Virus record (IMG/VR): IMGVR_UViG_3300043353_000042
Span: 1-64,000 of that record
DNA length: 64,000 bases
Origin: a virus
Reading direction: 5' to 3' (one strand)
Shown here one piece after another: positions 38,227-44,603 of the stretch. The notes under the pieces are model-generated. The model was not told the origin of the DNA and did not search any database. It worked only from the letters and a program-made list of their open reading frames with translations. How positions within the stretch are numbered: the stretch's first letter is position 1; each line of letters starts with the position of its first letter. The position numbers were made by a program, and so were the translations under genes.

Positions 38227-38232
38227 AATCGG

Positions 38233-38412
38233 GTGAACACAAGCGCGCATCGGTACTGGCTACTAACTGCTGACAACAAGGTCTTTTTGACCGCAAGCAC
38301 GCTCGAATGGGCTCGCCGCAAGGTGGCCGCGTTCGCCTTCTGCGCAGCGCTCCGGATCGAAGATCGCGACTGCACAGAACGCCTTGAAGAACGCGGAATC
38401 GTCGTAGTCTGA
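38233..38412 (+). CDS. hypothetical small protein
   Basis: GTG 38233, 8 nt after GGAGC in the conserved leader. 59 aa. Confidence 0.4.
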   Translation: MNTSAHRYWLLTADNKVFLTASTLEWARRKVAAFAFCAALRIEDRDCTERLEERGIVVV

Positions 38413-38432
38413 ACGGCGAACGGAAGTCGCTT

Positions 38433-38738
38433 TCAGAACCAGATGTATTCCTTTTCAGGGTCGCCGCCCGGTCGGCGGCGGCCCGACCCGATGTGCTTAT
38501 GCCAGCCTTCGTGCGGATCGCCTTTGCCGTCCCACAGCACAGCGGCACACAGACAGATGGCCAAATTGGGGTAGCAGTAGGCGTCGTGATAGTCGTCGGC
38601 GCCCACGTTGCCGATGCACAGGCGCACATTGAACATCTGTGGGACGACGGTCACTTCGTAGCCGTCTTCAAGTTCGCGGGCATACAAGATGCCAGGTCGT
38701 GGATTCAACGTACCGGGGTTCGTGTCGGTGTCGCTCAT
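38433..38738 (-). CDS. hypothetical protein (lone minus-strand gene in a plus-strand block)
   Basis: 101-aa ORF of normal composition, convergent with 38233..38412. Confidence 0.5.
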   Translation of the reverse strand: MSDTDTNPGTLNPRPGILYARELEDGYEVTVVPQMFNVRLCIGNVGADDYHDAYCYPNLAICLCAAVLWDGKGDPHEGWHKHIGSGRRRPGGDPEKEYIWF

Positions 38739-38779
38739 GGCGCCGCACGATAGCCGGCAAGGGTAGGATAGGGGAAGTC

Positions 38780-38974
38780 ATGAAGCAGGTTCGTAAGTTC
38801 GTTTCGCTCACAGTGGTTCGCGTCAGGCTCCGATTGGCCGATCTCTTGCTCGACGGCCTAGTTGCGGCCTTCGGTGAGTCGTGGCCGACGGTCATGCAAC
38901 GCGCGTTTATCGAGATGGAACGCAAAAATGCGGGCCTATCCGATGGCTTGAGCGTGGCGCCCGAGGCCAACTAA
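38780..38974 (+). CDS. hypothetical small protein
   Basis: ATG 38780 within ORF 38639..38974. 64 aa. Confidence 0.4.
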   Translation: MKQVRKFVSLTVVRVRLRLADLLLDGLVAAFGESWPTVMQRAFIEMERKNAGLSDGLSVAPEAN

Positions 38975-38975
38975 A

Positions 38976-39011
38976 GAAAGTTGTTGCGTTGAAGCGAACG
39001 CCTGCTAGTCT
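38976..39011 (+). promoter_or_regulatory. promoter cassette class I (P5)
   Basis: GAAAGTTGTTGCGTTGAAGCGAACGCCTGCTAGTCT. Followed by a ~150-nt leader carrying two structured elements. Confidence 0.6.
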
Positions 39012-39017
39012 GTCAGT

Positions 39018-39080
39018 TGTCGGAAGCGAAATGGCAGCGGCGGCCCGCACAGGAGCCCAATGCATGCAGCGCTTCCGACA
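39018..39080 (+). promoter_or_regulatory. 5'-leader RNA element copy A (11-bp closing stem, 38-nt invariant core)
   Basis: TGTCGGAAGCG (39018-39028) pairs with CGCTTCCGACA (39070-39080). Core AATGGCAGCGGCGGCCCGCACAGGAGCCCAATGCATGC at 39030-39067. Confidence 0.6.
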
Positions 39081-39137
39081 GCGACCGGGAATGGCAGCGG
39101 CGGCCCGCACAGGAGCCCAATGCATGCGCCCGGTCGC
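39081..39137 (+). promoter_or_regulatory. 5'-leader RNA element copy B (9-bp closing stem, same core)
   Basis: GCGACCGGG (39081-39089) pairs with CCCGGTCGC (39129-39137). Identical core at 39090-39127. Confidence 0.6.
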
Positions 39138-39169
39138 CTCGCGGCTGCACGACAGGAGAACAGACGAAG

Positions 39170-39457
39170 ATGACGCTCGAAGCACAAGCGACGGCCTTCT
39201 GTGAGGCGCTCAATGCGCGCTCGAACGCGCTCGCGGTCAAGCTCGGTCGCAAGCCGACCTACCGTAACTTTGGGTTCGAGCTCGGTCGCAAGTACGCGCG
39301 GATCTTTTGGTCGACCGACAGTGGTCAGAGGTCAGCGCTCGCGTTCGTCGACGCCGACGGCGTCGTGCGTCGTTCGGATAGCTGGAAAGCGGCCGGGCGC
39401 ATCCTAGGCCAACGTGACGCCGAAGCGGTCATCGCGCTCGTAGTCGGCCCGGTATGA
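39170..39457 (+). CDS. hypothetical protein
   Basis: ATG 39170 preceded by AGGAG. 95 aa. Confidence 0.5.
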   Translation: MTLEAQATAFCEALNARSNALAVKLGRKPTYRNFGFELGRKYARIFWSTDSGQRSALAFVDADGVVRRSDSWKAAGRILGQRDAEAVIALVVGPV

Positions 39458-39464
39458 TCCGGGC

Positions 39465-39653
39465 ATGGCCTGGAAGATCATCGAGATCGGGCTCGCGCGG
39501 GCGATGCTAGGGCTCGGGTGCCTCGGAAGCGTCGCGACGGTAGTCTGGGTCGTTGAGCGCGAGCTTCGGCGTCGTGCGCGCCTACGTCGCGATCGCGAGT
39601 GGTATCGCGCGCCCCCGAAAAGGCTGCCCAATCCCAAGAAGTGGCTGAACTGA
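39465..39653 (+). CDS. small membrane protein
   Basis: 62 aa. Hydrophobic LGLGCLGSVATVVWVV followed by an Arg-rich tail. Confidence 0.45.
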   Translation: MAWKIIEIGLARAMLGLGCLGSVATVVWVVERELRRRARLRRDREWYRAPPKRLPNPKKWLN

Positions 39654-39820
39654 CTTGGCACGATTCTCCGGGCCCGGGCTGCCCGGGGACGATGCCCAGA
39701 TAGCTAGCGTTTGGCGCGTACGCTGGATGCGTACATTCGCGCTAAATAATGCTCGAAAAGTTGTTGCGTTGAAGCGAAACGGTGCTAATCTATATCTTGT
39801 CAGCAACGAACAACGGAGCA
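39652..39820 (+). repeat. long repeat LR2
   Basis: Starts at the TGA of 39465..39653. Differs from LR1 at a few positions, e.g. CCCGGGCTGCCCGGGG versus CCGGGCTGCCCGGTAGGG. Confidence 0.9.
39755..39791 (+). promoter_or_regulatory. promoter cassette class I (P6)
   Basis: GAAAAGTTGTTGCGTTGAAGCGAAACGGTGCTAATCT. Confidence 0.6.
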
Positions 39821-39825
39821 CGGAA

Positions 39826-40080
39826 ATGGCGAGCGCGGTCGAGGCAATGGGCGAAGTGTACGGTTACTTGAACGATGGCAACGTCGCGGGCGCGCAAGCC
39901 GCGGTGTGCGCAATCGAGTCCGAAAGCAGCGCGCTTCCGAGCTGCGTATTCGAGCGCGTGCTTCGGGACGCGGTCAAGGCGGGTTGCCTCCTGCCCTTCT
40001 ATGCCGACTTCTGCGAGCGCGCTTACGGTCGCAAGGCGTTCGCGGGCATGCTCGCCGGGCTGACCGCACAAGCGGCCTGA
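39826..40080 (+). CDS. hypothetical protein
   Basis: ATG 39826 after leader GGAGCACGGAA. 84 aa. Confidence 0.5.
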   Translation: MASAVEAMGEVYGYLNDGNVAGAQAAVCAIESESSALPSCVFERVLRDAVKAGCLLPFYADFCERAYGRKAFAGMLAGLTAQAA

Positions 40081-40158
40081 AACAGGCGCACAGGCGCGAG
40101 CCAACGGGCCCGGGATCGCCTACACAGCGTCCGGGCTTTTCTGCATGTGCGACCGCTA

Positions 40159-40194
40159 GAAAGTTGTTGCGTTGAAGCGAACGGCTGCTAGTAT
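40159..40194 (+). promoter_or_regulatory. promoter cassette class I (P7), leaderless type
   Basis: GAAAGTTGTTGCGTTGAAGCGAACGGCTGCTAGTAT, then ATGGGT, then ATG 40201. Confidence 0.6.
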
Positions 40195-40200
40195 ATGGGT

Positions 40201-40440
40201 ATGGCAATCGACAAGACGACGCCCTACACGGTTCACGGCGTGCTCGCAGGCGCCTACGCGCGCGACATCAGCGCGACCAAGCTGCTGACGCATGCCTCGC
40301 AGGATGAAAGCGCGACGGCGGTGTGCAAGAAGGTCAAACAGTACAATCTGTGCGACATGGTCGAAGACGGCCCGGTCACGTGCCCGGTATGCCTACAGCG
40401 GATCGCGGCCCGTGGCCTGACGCGCAAAGTGTGCGAGTAA
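40201..40440 (+). CDS. hypothetical protein with CPVC motif
   Basis: ATG lies 6 nt after the -10-like hexamer. An in-frame ATG at 40195 is also possible. Confidence 0.5.
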   Translation: MAIDKTTPYTVHGVLAGAYARDISATKLLTHASQDESATAVCKKVKQYNLCDMVEDGPVTCPVCLQRIAARGLTRKVCE

Positions 40441-40449
40441 AGTACGGTC

Positions 40450-40486
40450 GAAAAGTTGTTGCGTTGAAGCGAAACCGCGTTAGAGT
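40450..40486 (+). promoter_or_regulatory. promoter cassette class I (P8), leaderless type
   Basis: GAAAAGTTGTTGCGTTGAAGCGAAACCGCGTTAGAGT, then ATACAC, then ATG 40493. Confidence 0.6.
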
Positions 40487-40492
40487 ATACAC

Positions 40493-40858
40493 ATGACGAC
40501 GACGAACAAAGTAGGCGACAGCGTAGTGTGCAACGGCCACCTTGGCACGATCAGTGCCGTGACCGATTACGGCATGGTCGAAGTGCAGCTCGAAGGCGGC
40601 ACGGTGTGCGTTGACCCGAGCGACTTGCAGCCGGGCAGCGTGTGGGACGTGATGGTCAAGTGCGCGCGTTCGGACATGCGGCTTGCGCGCAAGGAGGGCT
40701 CGATCCTGATTGCGCAGACACGTCGCGGCACGGTCGAGCTCACCTACAGCGAACGCGCCTACGAGATCAACGTCGACGGTCGTGGCGTCGGTCGTGCGTC
40801 GACGGTGAAAGCCGCTGAAGCCATGATCGCGCCCCTGTACCAGGTCGAGATCGGCTGA
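40493..40858 (+). CDS. hypothetical protein
   Basis: 121-aa ORF starting 6 nt after the P8 hexamer. Confidence 0.55.
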   Translation: MTTTNKVGDSVVCNGHLGTISAVTDYGMVEVQLEGGTVCVDPSDLQPGSVWDVMVKCARSDMRLARKEGSILIAQTRRGTVELTYSERAYEINVDGRGVGRASTVKAAEAMIAPLYQVEIG

Positions 40859-40905
40859 TACCGTCCCGCCAAGTCGGCGGAACGATTGAGCAAAGGGTGA
40901 TCGAT

Positions 40906-40942
40906 AAAAAGTTGTTGCGTTGAAGCGAAAGGCTGCTAGTCT
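40906..40942 (+). promoter_or_regulatory. promoter cassette class I (P9)
   Basis: AAAAAGTTGTTGCGTTGAAGCGAAAGGCTGCTAGTCT. Leader carries RNA element copy C. Confidence 0.6.
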
Positions 40943-40950
40943 GTGATGTG

Positions 40951-41009
40951 TCGGACGGGGAATGGCAGCGGCGGCCCGCACAGGAGCCCAATGCATGCGC
41001 CCCGTCGGA
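40951..41009 (+). promoter_or_regulatory. 5'-leader RNA element copy C (7+2-bp closing stem, same core)
   Basis: GACGGGG (40954-40960) pairs with CCCCGTC (41000-41006). Identical core at 40961-40998. Confidence 0.55.
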
Positions 41010-41038
41010 GCGAGCGGAAAGCAACTTCAGGGTAGAAG

Positions 41039-41398
41039 ATGGCATCGAAGAAGAAAGAAACCACAGACCTAAGCGTGAAGATCCTTGCCGGGATCCGCGC
41101 TGACCTGAACGCCACACGTGACGAACTCAAGCGCACAGGCGATGCGCTTCGCGCGGAGGTCGCACAGGTGAGTGAGCGGTTCGAACGGAGCGAGCATCGT
41201 CAGACAGACGCCGATGTGCGCGTCGCAACCGAGCTGACCGAGCTTGCAGGCGCGACGCACACTCTGATCGATGCGATCAAGTCGCTCGGCGCGGACATGC
41301 GCGAAGTCAAAGCGATCGTGTCGGACATTCGCGACGATCGTGCGCGCATGAACGCGCTCGAAGCTCGCATACAGCGCCTCGAAGCGAAGGCATCGTGA
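41039..41398 (+). CDS. coiled-coil protein
   Basis: 119-aa ORF with heptad-like Leu/Ala/Arg/Glu composition. Confidence 0.5.
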   Translation: MASKKKETTDLSVKILAGIRADLNATRDELKRTGDALRAEVAQVSERFERSEHRQTDADVRVATELTELAGATHTLIDAIKSLGADMREVKAIVSDIRDDRARMNALEARIQRLEAKAS

Positions 41399-41429
41399 CC
41401 GAGCGTGTGCCACGGAGTAGGGTGTCGGG

Positions 41430-41627
41430 ATGAAAGACGACAGGCAAGGCATCCGTGTGCCCGGTACGGACTTGGTGACCTACGGCTTTTCAGAGGCAGA
41501 GGTCTTATCGTGGCGTGCATGGACGTGCGAAAAGCACCGCGCTCACGGCTTCGATGCGAATCCAAATTCGCTCGGCTGTCCGTTCTGCGCACAGGAGGCG
41601 CGTACGCCGCCGCTGATCGGCGAGTGA
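41430..41627 (+). CDS. small protein with CPFC motif
   Basis: 65-aa ORF. Its stop TGA is the first base triplet of LR3. Confidence 0.45.
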   Translation: MKDDRQGIRVPGTDLVTYGFSEAEVLSWRAWTCEKHRAHGFDANPNSLGCPFCAQEARTPPLIGE

Positions 41628-41765
41628 CTTGGCACGATTCTCCGGCCCCGGGCTGCCCGGTAGGGACGCCCAGATAGCTAGCGTTTGGCGCGTACGCTGG
41701 ACGCGTACATTCGCGCTAAATAATGCTCGAAAAGTTGTTGCGTTGAAGCGAAACCCTGCTATTGT
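41625..41765 (+). repeat. long repeat LR3
   Basis: Identical to LR1 through GAAGCGAAAC, then diverges into a leaderless-type -10 region. Confidence 0.9.
41729..41765 (+). promoter_or_regulatory. promoter cassette class I (P10), leaderless type
   Basis: GAAAAGTTGTTGCGTTGAAGCGAAACCCTGCTATTGT, then ATGGGT, then ATG 41772. Confidence 0.6.
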
Positions 41766-41771
41766 ATGGGT

Positions 41772-42005
41772 ATGACGACGACGAGCACGGTTGACGCGAT
41801 TCGCAACAGCTACAAGGCGCTCATGACCGCGTGCCTGAAGAACCACAGCGACAAGCCCGCGGACTTCAACCGGAAAGTAGAAGGCCTGATGCATGAACTT
41901 GCGGACGGCGAACCGTACGAGATGACTGCGAAGTTCTACCTCCGCGCCGCTCAAGAAGTCGCCTACTACCAATATAACGTGAACTTCCGCAACGTTAGCT
42001 TGTGA
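41772..42005 (+). CDS. hypothetical protein
   Basis: ATG 6 nt after the hexamer. Alternative in-frame ATG at 41766. Confidence 0.5.
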   Translation: MTTTSTVDAIRNSYKALMTACLKNHSDKPADFNRKVEGLMHELADGEPYEMTAKFYLRAAQEVAYYQYNVNFRNVSL

Positions 42006-42034
42006 CCGGGGCCGTGCCAAACAGAGGAACGAAG

Positions 42035-42322
42035 ATGACGAACGCAGCTAAGACCATGAAACCGACCGAGATTTTCTACCTGTGCCGCAAGGGCGCGCCG
42101 GGTAGCGCTATGAAGCTCGATCGCGAGCCTACGGCGGCCGACCTTGAGTGCCTCGCGACGGCCGGGTTAGAGCTCGCAACCATCGGAGATTGCTTCAAAA
42201 AGACGATACGGTGCCCGGTCAATGGGGACGGCTACTGGTATACGCGCCGTGAGTTGCTCGACAGCGCTGGCGAGTGCGTAGGCTCGTTCGAGGTCGAGCA
42301 AGGCCCGCGCGGCGAGCTGTGA
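42035..42322 (+). CDS. hypothetical protein
   Basis: ATG 42035 preceded by GAGGAACGAAG. 95 aa. Confidence 0.5.
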   Translation: MTNAAKTMKPTEIFYLCRKGAPGSAMKLDREPTAADLECLATAGLELATIGDCFKKTIRCPVNGDGYWYTRRELLDSAGECVGSFEVEQGPRGEL

Positions 42323-42540
42323 TGCCCGCTGGCGCTCGCTGGCGCCCCTAGCCGGGCCGCTGACGCTCCTGCCCCTGCGCGCGCCCTGTGGTGTCCTGCG
42401 CACGGGCCCTGCGAGCGCTGGCGACCCTCGCCGATCGGCCCTCGCCGATCTGGCCCGCGCCGCTCGAACCCCGCGCCGTTCGACCCGCGCCGATACATGT
42501 GGGCTGTGTGCGCCTGCAGTGCGACCCGAAAAGCGTGCTC
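42323..42540. repeat. very GC-rich non-coding patch made of short tandem duplications
   Basis: GCTGGCGCTC/GCTGGCGCCC; CCCTCGCCGATCGG/CCCTCGCCGATCTGG; CCGCGCCGCTCGAA/CCCCGCGCCGTTCGA/CCCGCGCCGAT. Confidence 0.7.
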
Positions 42541-42577
42541 GAAAAGTTGTTGCGTTGAAGCGAAACGGCGCTAGGAT
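42541..42577 (+). promoter_or_regulatory. promoter cassette class I (P11), leaderless type
   Basis: GAAAAGTTGTTGCGTTGAAGCGAAACGGCGCTAGGAT, then ATGCCC, then ATG 42584. Confidence 0.6.
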
Positions 42578-42583
42578 ATGCCC

Positions 42584-42961
42584 ATGCACAACGGTTACCG
42601 ATTCGCGCAACTAAGCATCGGCGAGAGTCTGACGAGCCCTACCGTGTGCGAGTGCTGCGAGCGCGAGGATCTCAAGCGCACCGTCAAGCTCGTGAGCCCC
42701 GAAGGTCGTGCCGTGTGGTTCGGTACCGGTTGTGCGGCGCGCGCCATGGGCATCGCGCCGAAGCTCGTGCGCGCCGCTAAGCGGGACGCCGAAGCGACCG
42801 CGGTAGCCGAGCAAGATGCGATCGTGCGCGCGCAACGTGCGAGCGTTGACGCGGCTTGGCAAGCGTTCCTCGACGCAACGGCCGGAGTAGGCGAGCGGTT
42901 CAGCCAAATCGAGCGACTAGGCGGCTACAAGGTCGCGCGCGCACTGTTCGAAAAACGCTGA
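42584..42961 (+). CDS. hypothetical protein (CECC motif; C-terminal WQAFLD...GERF.QIERLGG module)
   Basis: ATG 6 nt after the hexamer. C-terminus resembles the product of 58159..58335 (-). Confidence 0.55.
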   Translation: MHNGYRFAQLSIGESLTSPTVCECCEREDLKRTVKLVSPEGRAVWFGTGCAARAMGIAPKLVRAAKRDAEATAVAEQDAIVRAQRASVDAAWQAFLDATAGVGERFSQIERLGGYKVARALFEKR

Positions 42962-42996
42962 TCTGAGTGCATCCGGAACTCTTACGCACGACTAGC

Positions 42997-43034
42997 GAAA
43001 AAGCTGTTGCGTTGAAGCGAAACGCTGCTAGTCT
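42997..43034 (+). promoter_or_regulatory. promoter cassette class I (P12)
   Basis: GAAAAAGCTGTTGCGTTGAAGCGAAACGCTGCTAGTCT. Leader GTGAGTTGTCAGCAACGC...CCGGAGCAAACGAAC then ATG. Confidence 0.6.
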
Positions 43035-43075
43035 GTGAGTTGTCAGCAACGCATCGCACTCCGGAGCAAACGAAC

Positions 43076-43444
43076 ATGACCAACCTCGCAGCCATCATCG
43101 TCGAAACCTTCACCATGGGCACGCTCACAGGCGATGTGTTCGTCGAACTACAAAACATCTTTCAGAACGTCGCGTCCGACATGGGCGCTACCTCAATCTC
43201 GCACATCAGCGTGCGCGCCCTGCAGATCCTCACGGATCGGGGCTTCGTGCAGACCTCGTACGACTACAAGGGCCATGCCAACGGCGTCATTCCGAGCGAG
43301 CGCGCGCAGGCGTACATGTATCTTGAGCTCGCGAGCGGCGGTCGCTGCATGGAGCCGCGCGACGCTTTCGACGCTCGCTTAGTCGTGCGTCGCCCGATGT
43401 GGTGCGAAGGAGCGAGCGGCCTAGGCGTGTCGGCGAGCGCCTGA
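43076..43444 (+). CDS. hypothetical protein
   Basis: ATG 43076 after GGAGCAAACGAAC. 122 aa. Confidence 0.55.
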   Translation: MTNLAAIIVETFTMGTLTGDVFVELQNIFQNVASDMGATSISHISVRALQILTDRGFVQTSYDYKGHANGVIPSERAQAYMYLELASGGRCMEPRDAFDARLVVRRPMWCEGASGLGVSASA

Positions 43445-43458
43445 TCGGCGAGTGAAAC

Positions 43459-43476
43459 CGGGCCCTTCGGGGCCCG
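43459..43476 (+). terminator. GC hairpin with TTCG loop
   Basis: CGGGCCC-TTCG-GGGCCCG, 7-bp stem, 15 nt after the stop at 43444. No T-tract. Confidence 0.45.
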
Positions 43477-43489
43477 CATCACGTCTAGT

Positions 43490-43527
43490 GAAAAAGTTGT
43501 TGCGTTGAAGCGAACCGGTGCTAGTCT
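43490..43527 (+). promoter_or_regulatory. promoter cassette class I (P13)
   Basis: GAAAAAGTTGTTGCGTTGAAGCGAACCGGTGCTAGTCT. Leader GTGAGTTGTCGGAAGCGAAACACGGAGCAAACGAAG then ATG. Confidence 0.6.
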
Positions 43528-43563
43528 GTGAGTTGTCGGAAGCGAAACACGGAGCAAACGAAG

Positions 43564-43800
43564 ATGACCTCGAACAACACCGCGACGAACGCACAGAGCA
43601 ACCTTCGCGCACCCTTCGCGGTGAGCGAGTCCGGCCGCTGGCACACGGCCGACGGTATCGAGGTGTGCGAGGGCCCGGCATGGCACGGCCGCTCGCCTGC
43701 GCGCCGCTACGTGGCGCAGCGTCTGATCGGTGGCCGCTGCGCATGGGGCGCGACCCGCGAAGCCGCTGCCGACGCTGTGCGCGCCTTGGCGGCCGAGTGA
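43564..43800 (+). CDS. hypothetical protein
   Basis: ATG 43564 after GGAGCAAACGAAG. 78 aa. Confidence 0.5.
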   Translation: MTSNNTATNAQSNLRAPFAVSESGRWHTADGIEVCEGPAWHGRSPARRYVAQRLIGGRCAWGATREAAADAVRALAAE

Positions 43801-43841
43801 AGCGCGCTTACCATGCGCGCTAACTGTGGAGGCGGAGCCCG

Positions 43842-44114
43842 ATGAAGACCGACATTGAAGAAGCAATTGCTACCGTACGCGATTGGCAATACGACGACGA
43901 CATCATGGTCGGTGACGCAGCCGTAGTGCTGTCAGCGGAGGTTGTCGCCTGTCATGCCGTCATGGCGCAGCTCTCGGCGTCCCTCACGAACTTGTGTGCG
44001 GCGGCCGAGAACTACCGCGATAGTGATTGTTCGCGCCAGCCTACAAGGGAGCTGAACGCCGCGCTTGCGGCGAGCCGGGCGATCGTGCCTGTGGCGCGCC
44101 CCTTGGTCGAATGA
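43842..44114 (+). CDS. hypothetical protein
   Basis: 90-aa ORF preceded by GGAGGCGGAG. Confidence 0.5.
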   Translation: MKTDIEEAIATVRDWQYDDDIMVGDAAVVLSAEVVACHAVMAQLSASLTNLCAAAENYRDSDCSRQPTRELNAALAASRAIVPVARPLVE

Positions 44115-44159
44115 TCGAGCGAGTTCAAGGAAGTACCGCGCATCGGCAAGAAAGTTGTT

Positions 44160-44195
44160 GCGTTGAAGCGAAACGCTGCTAGTCTTTACTTTGTC
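44160..44195 (+). promoter_or_regulatory. promoter cassette class I (P14)
   Basis: GAAAGTTGTTGCGTTGAAGCGAAACGCTGCTAGTCT. Leader TTACTTTGTCAGCAACGCAGCCCCGGAG. Confidence 0.6.
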
Positions 44196-44222
44196 AGCAA
44201 CGCAGCCCCGGAGTAACCGACC

Positions 44223-44603
44223 ATGACCATGAAGACCGACATCGCGATTACGGACATCATCAGCAAGACCGCCAAGCTTATCGCGAGCTTGCCGAACCAT
44301 GTGACGATGTCGGACTCGCGCGCGATGGCCTTCGGCGACACGTCGAGCGCTCTTACGCTGTGCGCGCTGTATCTCGCGGACTTCGTGACCACGAACGACA
44401 AAGCAGCGGCGCGCAAGTATCTTGCGATGGCGGTCAAGGTTTCGGACGCTGTGAGCTCGCTTGCGGCCTTCCGTGGCCGTGAATCGAAGGTCGTAGGCGA
44501 CACGCTCGTGATGGCGCAGCGCTCGCTTGTCGAGGCGCACAAGCTCTTTCAGGCGCATATCGACGCGCTCTTGAGCGCTTCGCGCGCGACGGTTCAGGCC
44601 TGA
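44223..44603 (+). CDS. hypothetical protein
   Basis: 126-aa ORF. GGAG lies 9 nt upstream of the ATG. Confidence 0.5.
   Translation: MTMKTDIAITDIISKTAKLIASLPNHVTMSDSRAMAFGDTSSALTLCALYLADFVTTNDKAAARKYLAMAVKVSDAVSSLAAFRGRESKVVGDTLVMAQRSLVEAHKLFQAHIDALLSASRATVQA

Noticed and set aside
38062-38232. ORFs starting MARFSGPGLPG... that span the long repeats (38062..38412, 39655..40080, tail of 41405..41677)
   Set aside because: Conservation is at nucleotide level across all codon positions. The frame closes after the cassette in LR3. The sequence contains the promoter itself. The real genes start downstream.
38907-39185. Minus-strand ORFs repeating MHWAPVRAAAAI (also the start of 40376..40996)
   Set aside because: The repeated peptide is just the reverse translation of the invariant RNA-element core. 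The ORFs run antisense through promoters and leaders and have Arg/Ala-rich artefact composition.
34717-44195. Possibility that the regularly recurring ~36-nt repeat is a CRISPR array
   Set aside because: Spacing is irregular (about 290-1500 bp). The intervening DNA is coding with start codons positioned relative to the repeat. The repeat has a promoter-like -35/-10 architecture, and there are no cas genes.
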